NCBI GenBank assembly: GCA_963705305.1
Contig: OY970067.1
Location: 1,856,001-1,920,000, forward strand
Direction: 5' to 3'
Length of the DNA stretch: 64,000 bases
From: an uncultured Methylomirabilota bacterium
Lineage (GTDB): Bacteria > Methylomirabilota > Methylomirabilia > Methylomirabilales > 2-02-FULL-66-22
This document shows positions 32,439-42,694 of the stretch, piece after piece. The notes beneath the pieces are model-generated. The model was not told the DNA's origin. It was given only the letters and a program-made list of their open reading frames with translations, and ran no database searches. A program made the translations under genes and the position numbers. The stretch's first letter is position 1. The number at the start of each line of letters is the position of its first letter.

Positions 32439-33383
32439 ATGATGATTGCTCTTGTCATTCGAAGGGTCTTGGTCGGGATCGCGACCCTTCTCATCGTGGT
32501 GACGCTGACATTTGTCCTGATACGGATTGCACCCGGGGACCCAGCGCAGGTGAGGCTCGGTGACTACGCCTCCAAAGCGTCTGTGCAGGCCCTGCGGCGG
32601 GAAATGGGTTTGGACAAGCCCATGCTGGCGCAGTATTTTGAGTCCATGACCGGATTGCTCCGCGGGGATTTTGGTCGATCCATGCTGAGCGCACGACCGA
32701 TCGCCGCAGACCTGCTCCGCGACCTGCCGTACACCTTGGAGCTCACCCTCGTCGGCATTCTCCTTGGCGCGTTCTGCGGGATTCCGATGGGGATCTATAG
32801 CGCCCTGAAGCGCAACACGCCTGTGGACTCCGTTGTGCGGACCCTTTCTCTCGCCGGGCTCTCGATCCCAAGCTTCTATCTTGGAATACTCCTGATGCTC
32901 GTGTTTTCAATCCAGATGCACCTCTTCCCGGTTGTAGGCGGGGGGGACATCCACAACCTGAAGAGTAACCTCTCCCACTTAATTCTTCCGGGACTCACTT
33001 TAGGGCTCATCATGATGGCATATGTCACCCGTATGACGCGGTCGTCGGTGCTCAACTCGCTCAATGAAGACTATGTGAGGACAGCGAGGGCAAAGGGACT
33101 GACCGAGCGAATGGTGATCTATAAGCACCTCTTGAGAAACGCACTCCTATCGATCACGTCCCTTATTGGCATCTATGCGATTGTGCTGACCGGCGGCTCG
33201 GTCATGGTCGAGATCGTGTTCTCCCGACCCGGTTTGGGGAGAATAATGATCGGGGCGCTGAAACAGCGTGATTACACGACACTGCAGGCGGTGATGACAA
33301 TGTTTGCCACGTTCGTCATCGCCATCAATATTATTACCGATGTGGTCTACGGGCTCATTGACCCCAGGGTGAGAAACAAATAG
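32439..33383 (+). CDS. Peptide ABC permease (DppB-like)
   Basis: PGDPA, EDYVRTARAKGL, IDPRV. Confidence 0.92.
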   Translation: MMIALVIRRVLVGIATLLIVVTLTFVLIRIAPGDPAQVRLGDYASKASVQALRREMGLDKPMLAQYFESMTGLLRGDFGRSMLSARPIAADLLRDLPYTLELTLVGILLGAFCGIPMGIYSALKRNTPVDSVVRTLSLAGLSIPSFYLGILLMLVFSIQMHLFPVVGGGDIHNLKSNLSHLILPGLTLGLIMMAYVTRMTRSSVLNSLNEDYVRTARAKGLTERMVIYKHLLRNALLSITSLIGIYAIVLTGGSVMVEIVFSRPGLGRIMIGALKQRDYTTLQAVMTMFATFVIAINIITDVVYGLIDPRVRNK

Positions 33384-33410
33384 GTTGTCTATCGATCTGG
33401 TTGAGATCCG

Positions 33411-34256
33411 ATGGAACAGAGCGGCCAAAGGCTAGTCAAAATCTTCCTTCGGAACAGGACGGCGGTTGTAGGTGGCTGGATCTGCGTGATCCTGGTCCTG
33501 ATTGCCATCTTAGCTCGCTGGATCTCCCCCTATGACCCCCTCACTCAAAACGTGTATCATCGTCTTACAGCACCGGAAGCAACCCATCTCTTCGGTACAG
33601 ACGTTTTTGGACGGGATGTCCTGTCAAGGGTCTTAGTCGGAGCGCAGGTCTCTCTTTTTGTCGGAGTCATTTCCATCTTTCTCGGAATGGTTGTAGGGAC
33701 TGCCTTGGGCATGATCGCGGCGTATTCCGGGGGGGGGACAGAAATGGGGATTATGCGTCTCCTCGATATCATGATGTGCTTTCCCGATGAAGTGTTCGGG
33801 GTCATGGTGATGATCGTCTTGGGGCCCGGAATGCGAAATGTCATCATAGCGATCACGGCTTTAATGCTCCCCCGGTTTGCTCGGATGAGCCATGCTCCTA
33901 CCCTGGCGATCAAAGAGTTGGAATATATCGCAGCGGCGAAATCAATCGGTGTCTCACACCTCCGCATCCTTGGACGCCACGTTTTGCCGAATATTTTTGG
34001 CGATACCCTCGTCATGAGCACGCTCTGGCTCGCCACCGCGATTCGGCTCGAGGCGAGCTTGAGCTTCCTGGGTGTAGGAGTGCAGCCGCCAACACCCACC
34101 TTAGGCAACATGGTGCGGGAGGGTGTGGACTTTCTCGTGATGGCTCCCTGGGTTTCCGTATTCTCCGGCCTGGGGATCCTGATTTCAGTCCTCGCCTTCA
34201 ATTTGCTGGGGGACGGCTTGAGAGACATCGCAGATCCCAAGCTCTATGGAGGCTGA
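33411..34256 (+). CDS. Peptide ABC permease (DppC-like)
   Basis: HLFGTDVFGRDVLSR, LSFLGVG, FNLLGDGLRD. Confidence 0.92.
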   Translation: MEQSGQRLVKIFLRNRTAVVGGWICVILVLIAILARWISPYDPLTQNVYHRLTAPEATHLFGTDVFGRDVLSRVLVGAQVSLFVGVISIFLGMVVGTALGMIAAYSGGGTEMGIMRLLDIMMCFPDEVFGVMVMIVLGPGMRNVIIAITALMLPRFARMSHAPTLAIKELEYIAAAKSIGVSHLRILGRHVLPNIFGDTLVMSTLWLATAIRLEASLSFLGVGVQPPTPTLGNMVREGVDFLVMAPWVSVFSGLGILISVLAFNLLGDGLRDIADPKLYGG

Positions 34257-34677
34257 GTCGATGATAACTGGTCCGGCGGGCGTGAGAGGGGACCCGGCCG
34301 TTTTCGCGGCGTCAAGGTGGATCCCTCCTGTCGATGCGGATTGGTGACCGCGGAAATGGATTAGGTGACGTTGCTGCAGTATTCGCATTACGGTCCAACC
34401 TCCAGCCCGGCGCCTCGGGCCGCGCGGACCGGCCGATTGGGACCGACTGGTTTGCGTAATGGATTGCCGTGCCAGCCCTGCCAATGTCCCCGATCTCCCT
34501 GTGCCGCCCGCGGTCCCTGTCGGGGAATTGACGCCTCTTGCCCCGTTCTCTAGGCTCCTGTGATCGGGACGTTCCGTACAATCATAAAATTCCCTGAAAA
34601 GAAGGGCTGCCGAACGAGGGGGGATTCCTATCGAAGCGCTGCGGCCTCGATAGGCGCCCTCTTTACGCGGTCGAAAA

Positions 34678-34697
34678 ATTAGTGTATATACACTAAT
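34678..34697. promoter_or_regulatory. Probable BrnA operator
   Basis: Perfect 20-bp palindrome ATTAGTGTATATACACTAAT abutting the brnT ATG. Confidence 0.7.
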
Positions 34698-34979
34698 ATG
34701 TTTTCCTGGGATGTCAGGAAGGCGCAGGCGAACTCTGACAAACACGGCGTGGCATTCGACGAGGCGGCGGCCGTCTTTGCTGATCCGGCGGGCCTCGACT
34801 GGGACGATCCGGCGCACTCGCACGGGGAGAGCCGGCACAGGCGCCTCGGCAGGTCGGGAGCCGGCCGAATCCTGCTGGTCGTGTATACGGTGAGGAGGAA
34901 GCCCCATGATCAAGAAACGATCCGCGTCACCAGCGCGCGCCAAGCCTCGCGCAAAGAGCGCACGGCATATGCCGGATAG
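34698..34979 (+). CDS. brnT: BrnT-family toxin
   Basis: FSWDVRKAQANSDKHGVAFDEA...IRVTSARQA. Confidence 0.9.
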   Translation: MFSWDVRKAQANSDKHGVAFDEAAAVFADPAGLDWDDPAHSHGESRHRRLGRSGAGRILLVVYTVRRKPHDQETIRVTSARQASRKERTAYAG

Positions 34980-35199
34980 CCGCATCGACTTCAGCGACAT
35001 TCCGGAGTTGACGGACGCGGAGCTGCGGCGTGCGCGCCGGGTGGGACGGCCGGCGACCGGCCGGGCGAAGCAGCTCATTGCCATCCGCCTCGATCCCCGC
35101 CTCCTGGCCAAACTCCGCCGGTTGGCAGCGCGGCAGGGGAAGCCCTACCAGACGCTCGTGCACGAGCTGCTGGAAGCCGCAGCCGCACGGGCCGCATAG
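34906..35199 (+). CDS. brnA: BrnA-family antitoxin (start may be 34969)
   Basis: IDFSDIPEL...GRP...IAIRLD...PYQTL. Confidence 0.88.
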   Translation: MIKKRSASPARAKPRAKSARHMPDSRIDFSDIPELTDAELRRARRVGRPATGRAKQLIAIRLDPRLLAKLRRLAARQGKPYQTLVHELLEAAAARAA

Positions 35200-35238
35200 C
35201 ACTGGGAAAAATTCTCGGGGTGAAAAAGGGTCCGGACG

Positions 35239-35436
35239 GTATGCCGTGGATACTCTAGCACTCGCCGGTGGAAGTCCGGCCCCGGGAGCGGGCAGCGCGC
35301 CCGGGTAGCTTGAGGGAGGTGTGAGGGGTAACCTGAAACACCGAGTTCCCTGACGAGCGCTCACCGAGGTGAGCGCGCAACCCCGTCCGCCGACGGCGGA
35401 TAGCGTGCAGCGAACCAGGCGGAGCCCCAGTAGCCT
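35239..35436 (+). mobile_element. ~200-nt 5' fragment of a related group II intron, inserted in the target repeat
   Basis: AAAAAGGGTCCGGACG|GTATGCCG..., colinear with 20271-20451. Confidence 0.85.
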
Positions 35437-35528
35437 GGATCCGGCGTGGTCAAGATGCCTCAAAGCGGCGGCGAGTAGCATGCATTCCTTGCGCGAGAAC
35501 CCCCAACAGGGCATTCCGGGAGGGTGGC

Positions 35529-37007
35529 ATGAGGACGGAGATGGATGACAGACAACACCGCGTGATCCTGCAGAGAATTGCCCATCGGGCGATGCGGGAA
35601 CGAGGACTTGTTCCCGATTTCCCGCCCCAGGCGCTCGCCGAGCTCGACGGAATCCACGGGCCGGCGACGCGAGCTGACAGATCGACGCGCGATCTCCGGA
35701 ACCTGCCCTGGTGCTCCATCGACAACGATGATTCGCGGGATCTGGACCAGCTGACCGTTGCCGAAGCCCTGCCCGACGGGGCCGCCAAGGTCCTGGTCGC
35801 CATTGCCGATGTGGACGCGCTCGTCCCGAAGCGGTCGGCGCTTGACGAGCATGCGCGGCAGAACACCACCTCGGTCTACACGGTTGCCGAGACGTTTCCG
35901 ATGCTGCCCGAGAAGCTCTCCACGGATCTTACCTCGCTCAACCCCGAATCCGACCGCCTGGCCATCGTCGTTGAAATGGTTCTCGCCGGGGACGGATCGC
36001 TGCAGCGGTCGGACCTGTATCGAGCGACGGTGCGGAATCGGGCCAAGCTGGCCTACAACAGCGTGGCCGACTGGCTGGAGGGGAACGGGCCGATGCCCCG
36101 AGGGATCGGCACGGTCAGCGGTCTGGAGGAAACCCTGCGACTCCAGGACCGCGTGGCGCAGAAGCTGAAGGCGCTCCGGCACCTGCACGGGGCGCTCACT
36201 CTCGAAACCGTCGAAGTCCGTCCGGTCTTTGAGGGCGATGAGCTCAAGGACTTGGAAGCCGACGAAAAGAACCGGGCCAAGGCCATTATTGAGGACTTCA
36301 TGATCGCCGCCAACGGCGTTACCGCACGATACCTCGCGGCAAAGCAGTGTCCGTCGCTGCGGCGCGTGGTCCGCGTCCCCAAACGCTGGGACCGGATCGT
36401 CGAGCTTGCCGCCGAGCGGGGCACAACACTGCCCACGGAACCCGACGCACAGGCCCTGGAGCAGTTCCTGGTCACGGCGAGAGCCGCTGACCCTCTCCGC
36501 TTTCCCGATCTCTCTCTCAGCGTCGTGAAACTGCTGGGTCCGGGTGAATACGTCGTCCAACTTCCGGGAGGCAATGTCGCCGGGCACTTCGGTCTTGCGG
36601 TCAAGGACTATGCGCACTCCACCGCCCCGAACCGCCGATTCCCCGACCTGATTACACAACGCCTGCTGAAAGCATCGGAGGCGGGACACTCCGGGCCCTA
36701 CGAGAACGACGAGTTGGCCACGCTCGCCAAGCACTGCACCGAAGCGGAAGACGCAGCGAAAAAAGTTGAACGGCAGGTCACAAAATCCGCCGCCGCGATG
36801 CTGCTGCAAGCAAGGATCGGGGAGCAATTCGATGCCGTCGTCACCGGCGCATCGGACAAAGGGACGTGGGTCCGCCTGCTGCGTCCGCCCATTGAAGGAA
36901 GGCTGGAGAGCGGGTTTGAAGGCGTGGACGTCGGCCACACGCTGCGTGTACAACTGGTCCGCACGGATGTAGAGCGCGGATATATCGACTTCAAGAGACT
37001 GGCGTAA
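35529..37007 (+). CDS. RNB-domain (RNase II/R family) ribonuclease
   Basis: SIDNDDSRDLDQ, IEDFMIAAN, HFGL...YAHSTAPNRRFPDL, S1-like tail. Confidence 0.9.
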   Translation: MRTEMDDRQHRVILQRIAHRAMRERGLVPDFPPQALAELDGIHGPATRADRSTRDLRNLPWCSIDNDDSRDLDQLTVAEALPDGAAKVLVAIADVDALVPKRSALDEHARQNTTSVYTVAETFPMLPEKLSTDLTSLNPESDRLAIVVEMVLAGDGSLQRSDLYRATVRNRAKLAYNSVADWLEGNGPMPRGIGTVSGLEETLRLQDRVAQKLKALRHLHGALTLETVEVRPVFEGDELKDLEADEKNRAKAIIEDFMIAANGVTARYLAAKQCPSLRRVVRVPKRWDRIVELAAERGTTLPTEPDAQALEQFLVTARAADPLRFPDLSLSVVKLLGPGEYVVQLPGGNVAGHFGLAVKDYAHSTAPNRRFPDLITQRLLKASEAGHSGPYENDELATLAKHCTEAEDAAKKVERQVTKSAAAMLLQARIGEQFDAVVTGASDKGTWVRLLRPPIEGRLESGFEGVDVGHTLRVQLVRTDVERGYIDFKRLA

Positions 37008-37069
37008 GGAGAGACAGATTACCGGATGGCAAGGCGGCGCCTCCCCGCCCTCGCGTAGGGGGGACATAA

Positions 37070-37140
37070 GAAAGGTACCGGCCAGCATGCCGTGGATACG
37101 CTGGAACCCGCCGGTGGAAGTCCGGCATCCGGAGCGGGCA
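37070..37140 (+). repeat. Target repeat + intron 5' stub
   Basis: AAAGGTACCGGCCA|GCATGCCGTGGATACGCTGGAAC... Confidence 0.85.
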
Positions 37141-37197
37141 GGAGCAGGGCCCTCGCGCAAACGGAGGGGTTGGCCTGCGGAGGAGTGAAAGAATCCC

Positions 37198-37494
37198 ATG
37201 TTCCTGGCGATGACCATTCTGTGCGGGATCTTCCTGGGGTGGGCGGCGGGCCGGGAGGGCGTGCTCGCCATGGCGGTCCCGGCCGTGGCGGTGGCAGCGG
37301 TGCTGACCCTCGCCGGGTATCTGTGGTTCCTGCTCAAGACCTGGCGCCTGACGCTGCGCCGCGCCTCGGCCCACGGCCGCCGGGCGTTCCAGCGGGAGGT
37401 GGGAACGACGCTGGCCTGGTCGTTGATCTTCCGCCTCGTGGTCATGGCGGCGGCGGGCTCCCTAGCCTACTGGATTTCCGTTCTCATCCATTGA
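37198..37494 (+). CDS. Small membrane protein
   Basis: RBS GGAGGAG; three hydrophobic segments. Confidence 0.55.
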   Translation: MFLAMTILCGIFLGWAAGREGVLAMAVPAVAVAAVLTLAGYLWFLLKTWRLTLRRASAHGRRAFQREVGTTLAWSLIFRLVVMAAAGSLAYWISVLIH

Positions 37495-37506
37495 GAGAGA
37501 AAAGTA

Positions 37507-37766
37507 GGGGACGTTGCTGCTTTATTTGCATTACGTTCTGATCTCCCAAGCCGGCGCCACGGGCCGCGCCGACCGTAATTGAAGACGCCGCAAATCTCGC
37601 CAACTGGTGGGAGGATTCCTCGACGATCCCTTGCCACGCAGGGCTGGCGTCCCCCGGGCGGCCCCGCGCCCTGGCCCACCAAGCGGCCCGCCGGGGGGCG
37701 GCGCAGGCCCGGGGGTGGGTCCGCCTCCTGGGAGGCGAAGCAAGGCAACGCAAATTGCAGCGTCCC
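37507..37766. repeat. GGGAC...GTCCC-bounded miniature element
   Basis: Ends GGGGACGTTGC / GCAGCGTCCC; left part resembles 22921 and 34363, right part resembles 17370-17503. Confidence 0.75.
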
Positions 37767-37772
37767 GCATTT

Positions 37773-37895
37773 CGTGGTAAAGAGGACATCATCCACCTTC
37801 CGCCCGAGCAGCTTGTGGACGGCATCCTCCAGAAAGAGCAGCGCATCGGGGAGATCATGGGAGAGATCAAGCAGCTCCTGGAGAAGGAATTGTGA
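37773..37895 (+). pseudogene. C-terminal relic of a second hsdM
   Basis: RGKEDIIHLPPEQLVDGILQKEQRIGEIMGEIKQLL*; GTGA-coupled to the next gene. Confidence 0.55.
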
Positions 37896-38911
37896 AGCGC
37901 AGAGTCAAGCCCCGGGGTGTGGCGGAGCCCATTGCCGCGTACGGATCGGACCGCGGCGAGGTCGCGCTCTACCGGGCGCCCGATGGGACCGTGACCCTGG
38001 ATGTCCGGTTGGAGCGCGAGACCATCTGGCTGAACTTGAACCAGATGGCCGACCTGTTCGGGCGGGATAAATCCGTTATCTCCCGCCATTTGCGAAAGGT
38101 CTTTGGTGACGGGGAGTTAGAGCGGGATTCAGTTGTTGTTTTTTTTGCAACAACTGCCTCCGACGGAAAGACCTACCAAGTTGAATATTTCAACCTGGAT
38201 GCCGTCATCTCTGTAGGCTACCGGGTGAATTCAAAGCGAGGGACCCAGTTCCGGGTCTGGGCGACTGGCGTCCTGCGCGACCACCTCCTCAAAGGATATA
38301 CGGTCAATGCTCGACGGCTGAAGGAGTTGAACCAGGCCATCCGGCTGATCGCCGACGTGGCCGAGCGGCGGGAGCTGAAAGGGGACGAGGCGACCGCCCT
38401 TCTGCGTGTGGTGGCCGACTACAGCTACGCGCTCGACCTGCTGGACGACTACGACAATCAGCGGGTTGCGGTGGCCGGGACCACCCGGGCCGACGCTGTC
38501 GCAGTGACGTATGACGAAGCGCGGGATGCCATCGAGCGACTCCGAGGGAAGTTCAAGGCCTCCGACCTCTTCGGCCGGGAGAAAGACAACAGCCTGCGCG
38601 GCTCCCTCCAGTCGGTGATGCAGACGGCAGACGGGAAGGACGTTTACCCGAGCATCGAGGAGAAGGCGGCCCACCTGCTGTACTTCCTGGTCAAGAACCA
38701 TCCCTTCGTGGATGGCAACAAGCGCATCGCCGCCGCCCTGTTCCTCTGGTTCCTACAAAAGAATTGCGCACTCTACCGCCCTGACGGCACCAAGCGTATC
38801 GCCGACAACGCCCTCGTGGCCATGACCCTGCTCATCGCCGAGAGCAGCCCCGCGGAGAAGTCCGTGCTCGTCAGCGTCATCGTCAACCTCATCAACAAGC
38901 GGAACCCATGA
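37892..38911 (+). CDS. RhuM/Fic/DOC family protein
   Basis: FNLDAVISVGYRVNSKRGTQFR and HPFVDGNKR. Confidence 0.92.
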   Translation: MKRRVKPRGVAEPIAAYGSDRGEVALYRAPDGTVTLDVRLERETIWLNLNQMADLFGRDKSVISRHLRKVFGDGELERDSVVVFFATTASDGKTYQVEYFNLDAVISVGYRVNSKRGTQFRVWATGVLRDHLLKGYTVNARRLKELNQAIRLIADVAERRELKGDEATALLRVVADYSYALDLLDDYDNQRVAVAGTTRADAVAVTYDEARDAIERLRGKFKASDLFGREKDNSLRGSLQSVMQTADGKDVYPSIEEKAAHLLYFLVKNHPFVDGNKRIAAALFLWFLQKNCALYRPDGTKRIADNALVAMTLLIAESSPAEKSVLVSVIVNLINKRNP

Positions 38912-39069
38912 ACAGCCCGCGGCGAGAGAATAGGGGACCCGTAAGGGGGGACGTCCATAAAATCATAAGATTCTCTCACCCGTTTCTGTCGAGGAGCGAA
39001 GGGGGATCGCAGTCTTGCGAATGAGATTCCAGGGGAACTATGGCTTCTTCCACCGCAGCAGCGCGGCCG

Positions 39070-39216
39070 GTAATCCATGTAGAGTTGGACTTGATTCACC
39101 CTTTCCGCGAAGGGAATGGGCGGATGGCACGAATGTTGGCCGTCCTCATGGGCTTGCAGGCCGGCTTGCCGGCGCTCGTTTTTGACAAGCTGGCATCGCG
39201 GAATCGGCAGCGATAA
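39070..39216 (+). pseudogene. Fic-domain fragment
   Basis: VIHVELDLIHPFREGNGRMARML, no start codon. Confidence 0.7.
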
Positions 39217-39588
39217 TTTGCGGCGGCGCGGGCCGGGCGCACGCGAGGGTCCGCAGGGGGCGAACAACCGGGGCGTTGCTGTTGACAAGCGTCCTCGAGC
39301 TTTGGTAAAGAGCGCGTGGCGGTACCTTGGGGTCCTCCCCCAGCGCCGGCCTTGAAAGGTGCGTCGAGATGCCCGATCAGGGTCCGGACAGCGTTCTACA
39401 TCCCCCGGGCCTCCGCGATGACCGTCGGGGGCGTGTGTTTTTGGGGGCTGACACAATGCCCACCGCAGAGAGGGGATAAGGGTTCGGACGGAGGACAGGC
39501 GCCAGGGGAGTGGAGCGTCTTCTCCCCTTCCCGGCCGCCCGCGTGCATCCCGCCGGCGGGGCCTGCGTCCTCGGAAGGAGGGAACGCC

Positions 39589-40731
39589 ATGCGACGAAGG
39601 CTGGGGGGCCTCGGGTTCCTGGCGGTGGTGGTGCTGCTGCTCGGGTCGGCGGCGTGGGCGGGGGAGACCACGCCGGGCGAGATTCGGATCGGCATGAGCG
39701 CCCCGCTCACGGGCGGCTGGGCCGCGGAAGCGGATCTGTACGTCAAGGCCATCCACCTCGCGGAGCAGCAGATCAACGCGGCGGGCGGCGTCAACGGGAA
39801 GAAGCTCCGGGTCATCATCACGGACAACCAGTCCACCAACCCCGGCGCCCTCGCGGCGTTGAATCGGAACGTAGAGCAGGATCACGTGCTCGCCATGATC
39901 GGGCCGGTGAAGAGCACCCAGATCCTGGCCATGTCCGACGCGGTAAAGGCCTACGGCATCCCCATGATGGTCGGCGGCACCAACGCCTCCATCACCAAGG
40001 TAGGCAACCCCTGGTTCTTCCGCTGCCGCGTCAGCGACGCGATCATGGCTGCGGCGGCGGTCAAGTTCCTCAAGGAGGACCTGCGGCTCACGAAGATCGG
40101 CCTCCTCTACTCGAACGAGGCCTTCGGGATGGGGGGCGCCGATCTGGTGGAGGCGGATGCCAAAGCCCAGGGGCTCACGATCGTAGGGCGCGCGTCGTTC
40201 ACCCTGGGCGATCGGGACTTCACCGGCCAGCTCCTCGCCCTGAAAGGGGCGGGCGCCGAGGCGGTCGTCCCCTACAGCGCCGGGACCGTCGAGCTGGCCA
40301 AGATCCACACGCAGTACCGGCAGCTGGGCTCCCCGTACACGTACGTGGGCATCGCCGGCTTCGCCATGAAACACGTGCTGGGGCTGGCCCGCGACGCGTC
40401 CGAAGGGCTGGAGGGCATCGTGGAGGTGCTGCCGAACCAGAGCGAGCAGAACCGGAAGTACATCGAGGACTTCAGGCGGGCATTCAACACCGAGCCGGAT
40501 ATGCTCGCCACCTGGAACTACGACGCCCTGCAGCTGCTCGCCAAGGCCATCCGGGAGGTGGGGGAAGATCGGGCGAAGATCCGGGAGGCCATCCTGGCCA
40601 CCAAGGGGTACCCGGGGGTGATCGGGACCTTCAATTTCTCGCCGGACGGCGAGGGGCTCCGCGCCGCCTTTGCCGCCGTCATCCAGAACGGGGAGGCCAA
40701 GCTGATCAAGCCGATCCCCGTGGCCCCATAG
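39589..40731 (+). CDS. LivJ-type ABC substrate-binding protein (orphan)
   Basis: Signal peptide; IRIGMSAPLTG, INAAGGVNGKKL. Confidence 0.9.
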   Translation: MRRRLGGLGFLAVVVLLLGSAAWAGETTPGEIRIGMSAPLTGGWAAEADLYVKAIHLAEQQINAAGGVNGKKLRVIITDNQSTNPGALAALNRNVEQDHVLAMIGPVKSTQILAMSDAVKAYGIPMMVGGTNASITKVGNPWFFRCRVSDAIMAAAAVKFLKEDLRLTKIGLLYSNEAFGMGGADLVEADAKAQGLTIVGRASFTLGDRDFTGQLLALKGAGAEAVVPYSAGTVELAKIHTQYRQLGSPYTYVGIAGFAMKHVLGLARDASEGLEGIVEVLPNQSEQNRKYIEDFRRAFNTEPDMLATWNYDALQLLAKAIREVGEDRAKIREAILATKGYPGVIGTFNFSPDGEGLRAAFAAVIQNGEAKLIKPIPVAP

Positions 40732-40978
40732 AGCGCCGAGGAACCCCGCGAGCCCGGATCGGGAAGGGCCGTCGACCCCAAAGGCCCAGCGGTTCCCGTC
40801 AGGAGAAGGTGCTCGGCAAGGGGGCCCAGGCGTTTCTGCGGTGTCAAGGCGGACCATTCCTGTCGAGGCGGATTGGTGACCGTGGGAATAGTGTCCGGTA
40901 TCTTTCTTTCATGCAACCCCACCAGAGGCGAGGAGGCTCAACTCCCAACCCTAATTTGGACAAGAGCGGAAGGAAAAC

Positions 40979-41335
40979 ATGAAAGTAATCCAGGTAGATA
41001 ACCTGAAGGTGATGCCTGATTCGCTGGGCCTTTTCTTTGGAACCGTAGAGAGACAACCTCTGGTCGAAAAGGGGACGGCGGGGCTTGTGGTCAGCATGGT
41101 CAAGTTCGGCCCTGGCGCCGGAAACAAGATGCACTCCCACACCGGCGAGCAGGTTCTGATCGTAACCGAGGGGAGGGGCATTGTGGCGACAGAGAAGGAA
41201 GAGCACACCGTCAGGCCGGGAATGGTCGTGTATATTCCCAAGAACGAGACGCACTGGCATGGGGCCACCAAGGACTCGTCGTTCGCGCACTTTTCCATCC
41301 AGACGCCCGGGGAAACCACGGTGAAAGGAGAGTAG
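40979..41335 (+). CDS. Cupin-domain protein
   Basis: HSHTGEQVL...IPKNETHWHGA. Confidence 0.9.
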   Translation: MKVIQVDNLKVMPDSLGLFFGTVERQPLVEKGTAGLVVSMVKFGPGAGNKMHSHTGEQVLIVTEGRGIVATEKEEHTVRPGMVVYIPKNETHWHGATKDSSFAHFSIQTPGETTVKGE

Positions 41336-41655
41336 GACCCCTCGCCGACGCTCACCCCGCTGCGGCTCCAGGGGCTGGCGTTAGGAGCCGGTTTGAATTA
41401 AGATTAGTGAATGATTGCCTCGGACTGGATTCTTCAGGGCAGCAGGAAGAGTACGGGTTACGCGGGGAGGAGAAGGGTTCTCTTGCCAAGCAGGCAAGGG
41501 GGAAAAGGGCATCCGCGAGGACAACCCGCCAAACTCCGGGAATTCCGGTAGGCCTCTATGATTACCTTGGACTTGAGTCCGTGGAGTAGGGGGAAGTCCT
41601 TTTTCCCGTGGGTCTGAAACGCCGCCAATCGATCCTGGGCTGAAAGGAGTCTCCG

Positions 41656-42694
41656 ATGAAAATGAAGGCCTTGATCAAGGAAACACCGCAGACGGGCGCC
41701 GTCCTCAGGGAAGTCGAGGTCCCCGGCATCCGGGACACCGAGGTCCTGGTGAAGGTGAAGCGAGCGGCCATTTGCGGGACGGATATCCACATTTATTTCT
41801 GGACCGCCTACGCTCAGCAGCGCCTGAAGCTCCCCATGATCTTTGGGCATGAGTTCTGTGGCGAGGTCGTCGAGGTGGGGAAGAACACCAAGCGCCTGAA
41901 GAAGGGCGACCTCGTGGCTGTGGAAACCCACATCCCCTGCGAGGTCTGCTTTCAGTGCAACACCGGACTGATGCACGTCTGCCGGGACATGAAGATCATC
42001 GGCGTGCACACGACCGGCACCTTCAGCGAGTATGCCGCCATCCCGGAGATATGCGCCTGGAAGCTCTCGCCCGCCACGTCCCCCGATATTGGCGCGGTCT
42101 ATGAACCCTTTGGAATCGGCGTCCACTCCTTGACCCGGCACAAGGTCGCGGGAAAGCGGGTCCTGATCACCGGGGCCGGCCCCATTGGCCTGTTCGCCCT
42201 CGCGGTGGCCAGGATGAGCGGCGCCATGAAGATCTTCTCGTCGGAACGTCAGCGAGGAACGGCTGGCGCTGGCCCGCCGGATGGGCGCGGACGTCGTCCT
42301 GAACCCCCAAAAGGTTGACGTGGTCAAGGAAATCATGAAGGCCACTGGAGAGTTCGGGGTGGACATCTTCGTGGAGCTTTCGGGCAACGGCGAAGCCTGC
42401 CAGACGGGCCTCAAAGCCCTGCGCCGAGGCGGCTCCGTGTCCCTGGTCGGGCTCTTCAACAATACCGTGGAACTCGATCTCGTGAATGACGTGATTTACA
42501 AGGAGGCGACGGTATACGGGATCACCGGCCGGACCATGTTCTCGACCTGGACCGAGGCGGCGGACATCCTCGACTCGGGCAACATCGACATCTCGCCCGT
42601 GCTCACCCATCATTTCCCCATGGAGGAGTTCGAAAAGGCCTTTGAAACGGCCCGCTCGGGCAAGTGCGGCAAGATCCTCTTTGACATCGGCTGA
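41656..42694 (+). CDS. tdh: L-threonine 3-dehydrogenase-like Zn dehydrogenase (+1 frameshift at ~42245)
   Basis: ICGTDIH, GHEFCG, ETHIPC, GAGPIG, GITGR, GKCGKIL. Confidence 0.78.

Noticed and set aside
35460..40857. Long antisense ORFs (661 aa and 694 aa, plus many others such as 62337-63953)
   Set aside because: Shadows of real genes in high-GC DNA; Arg/Pro/Gly-rich and lacking motifs
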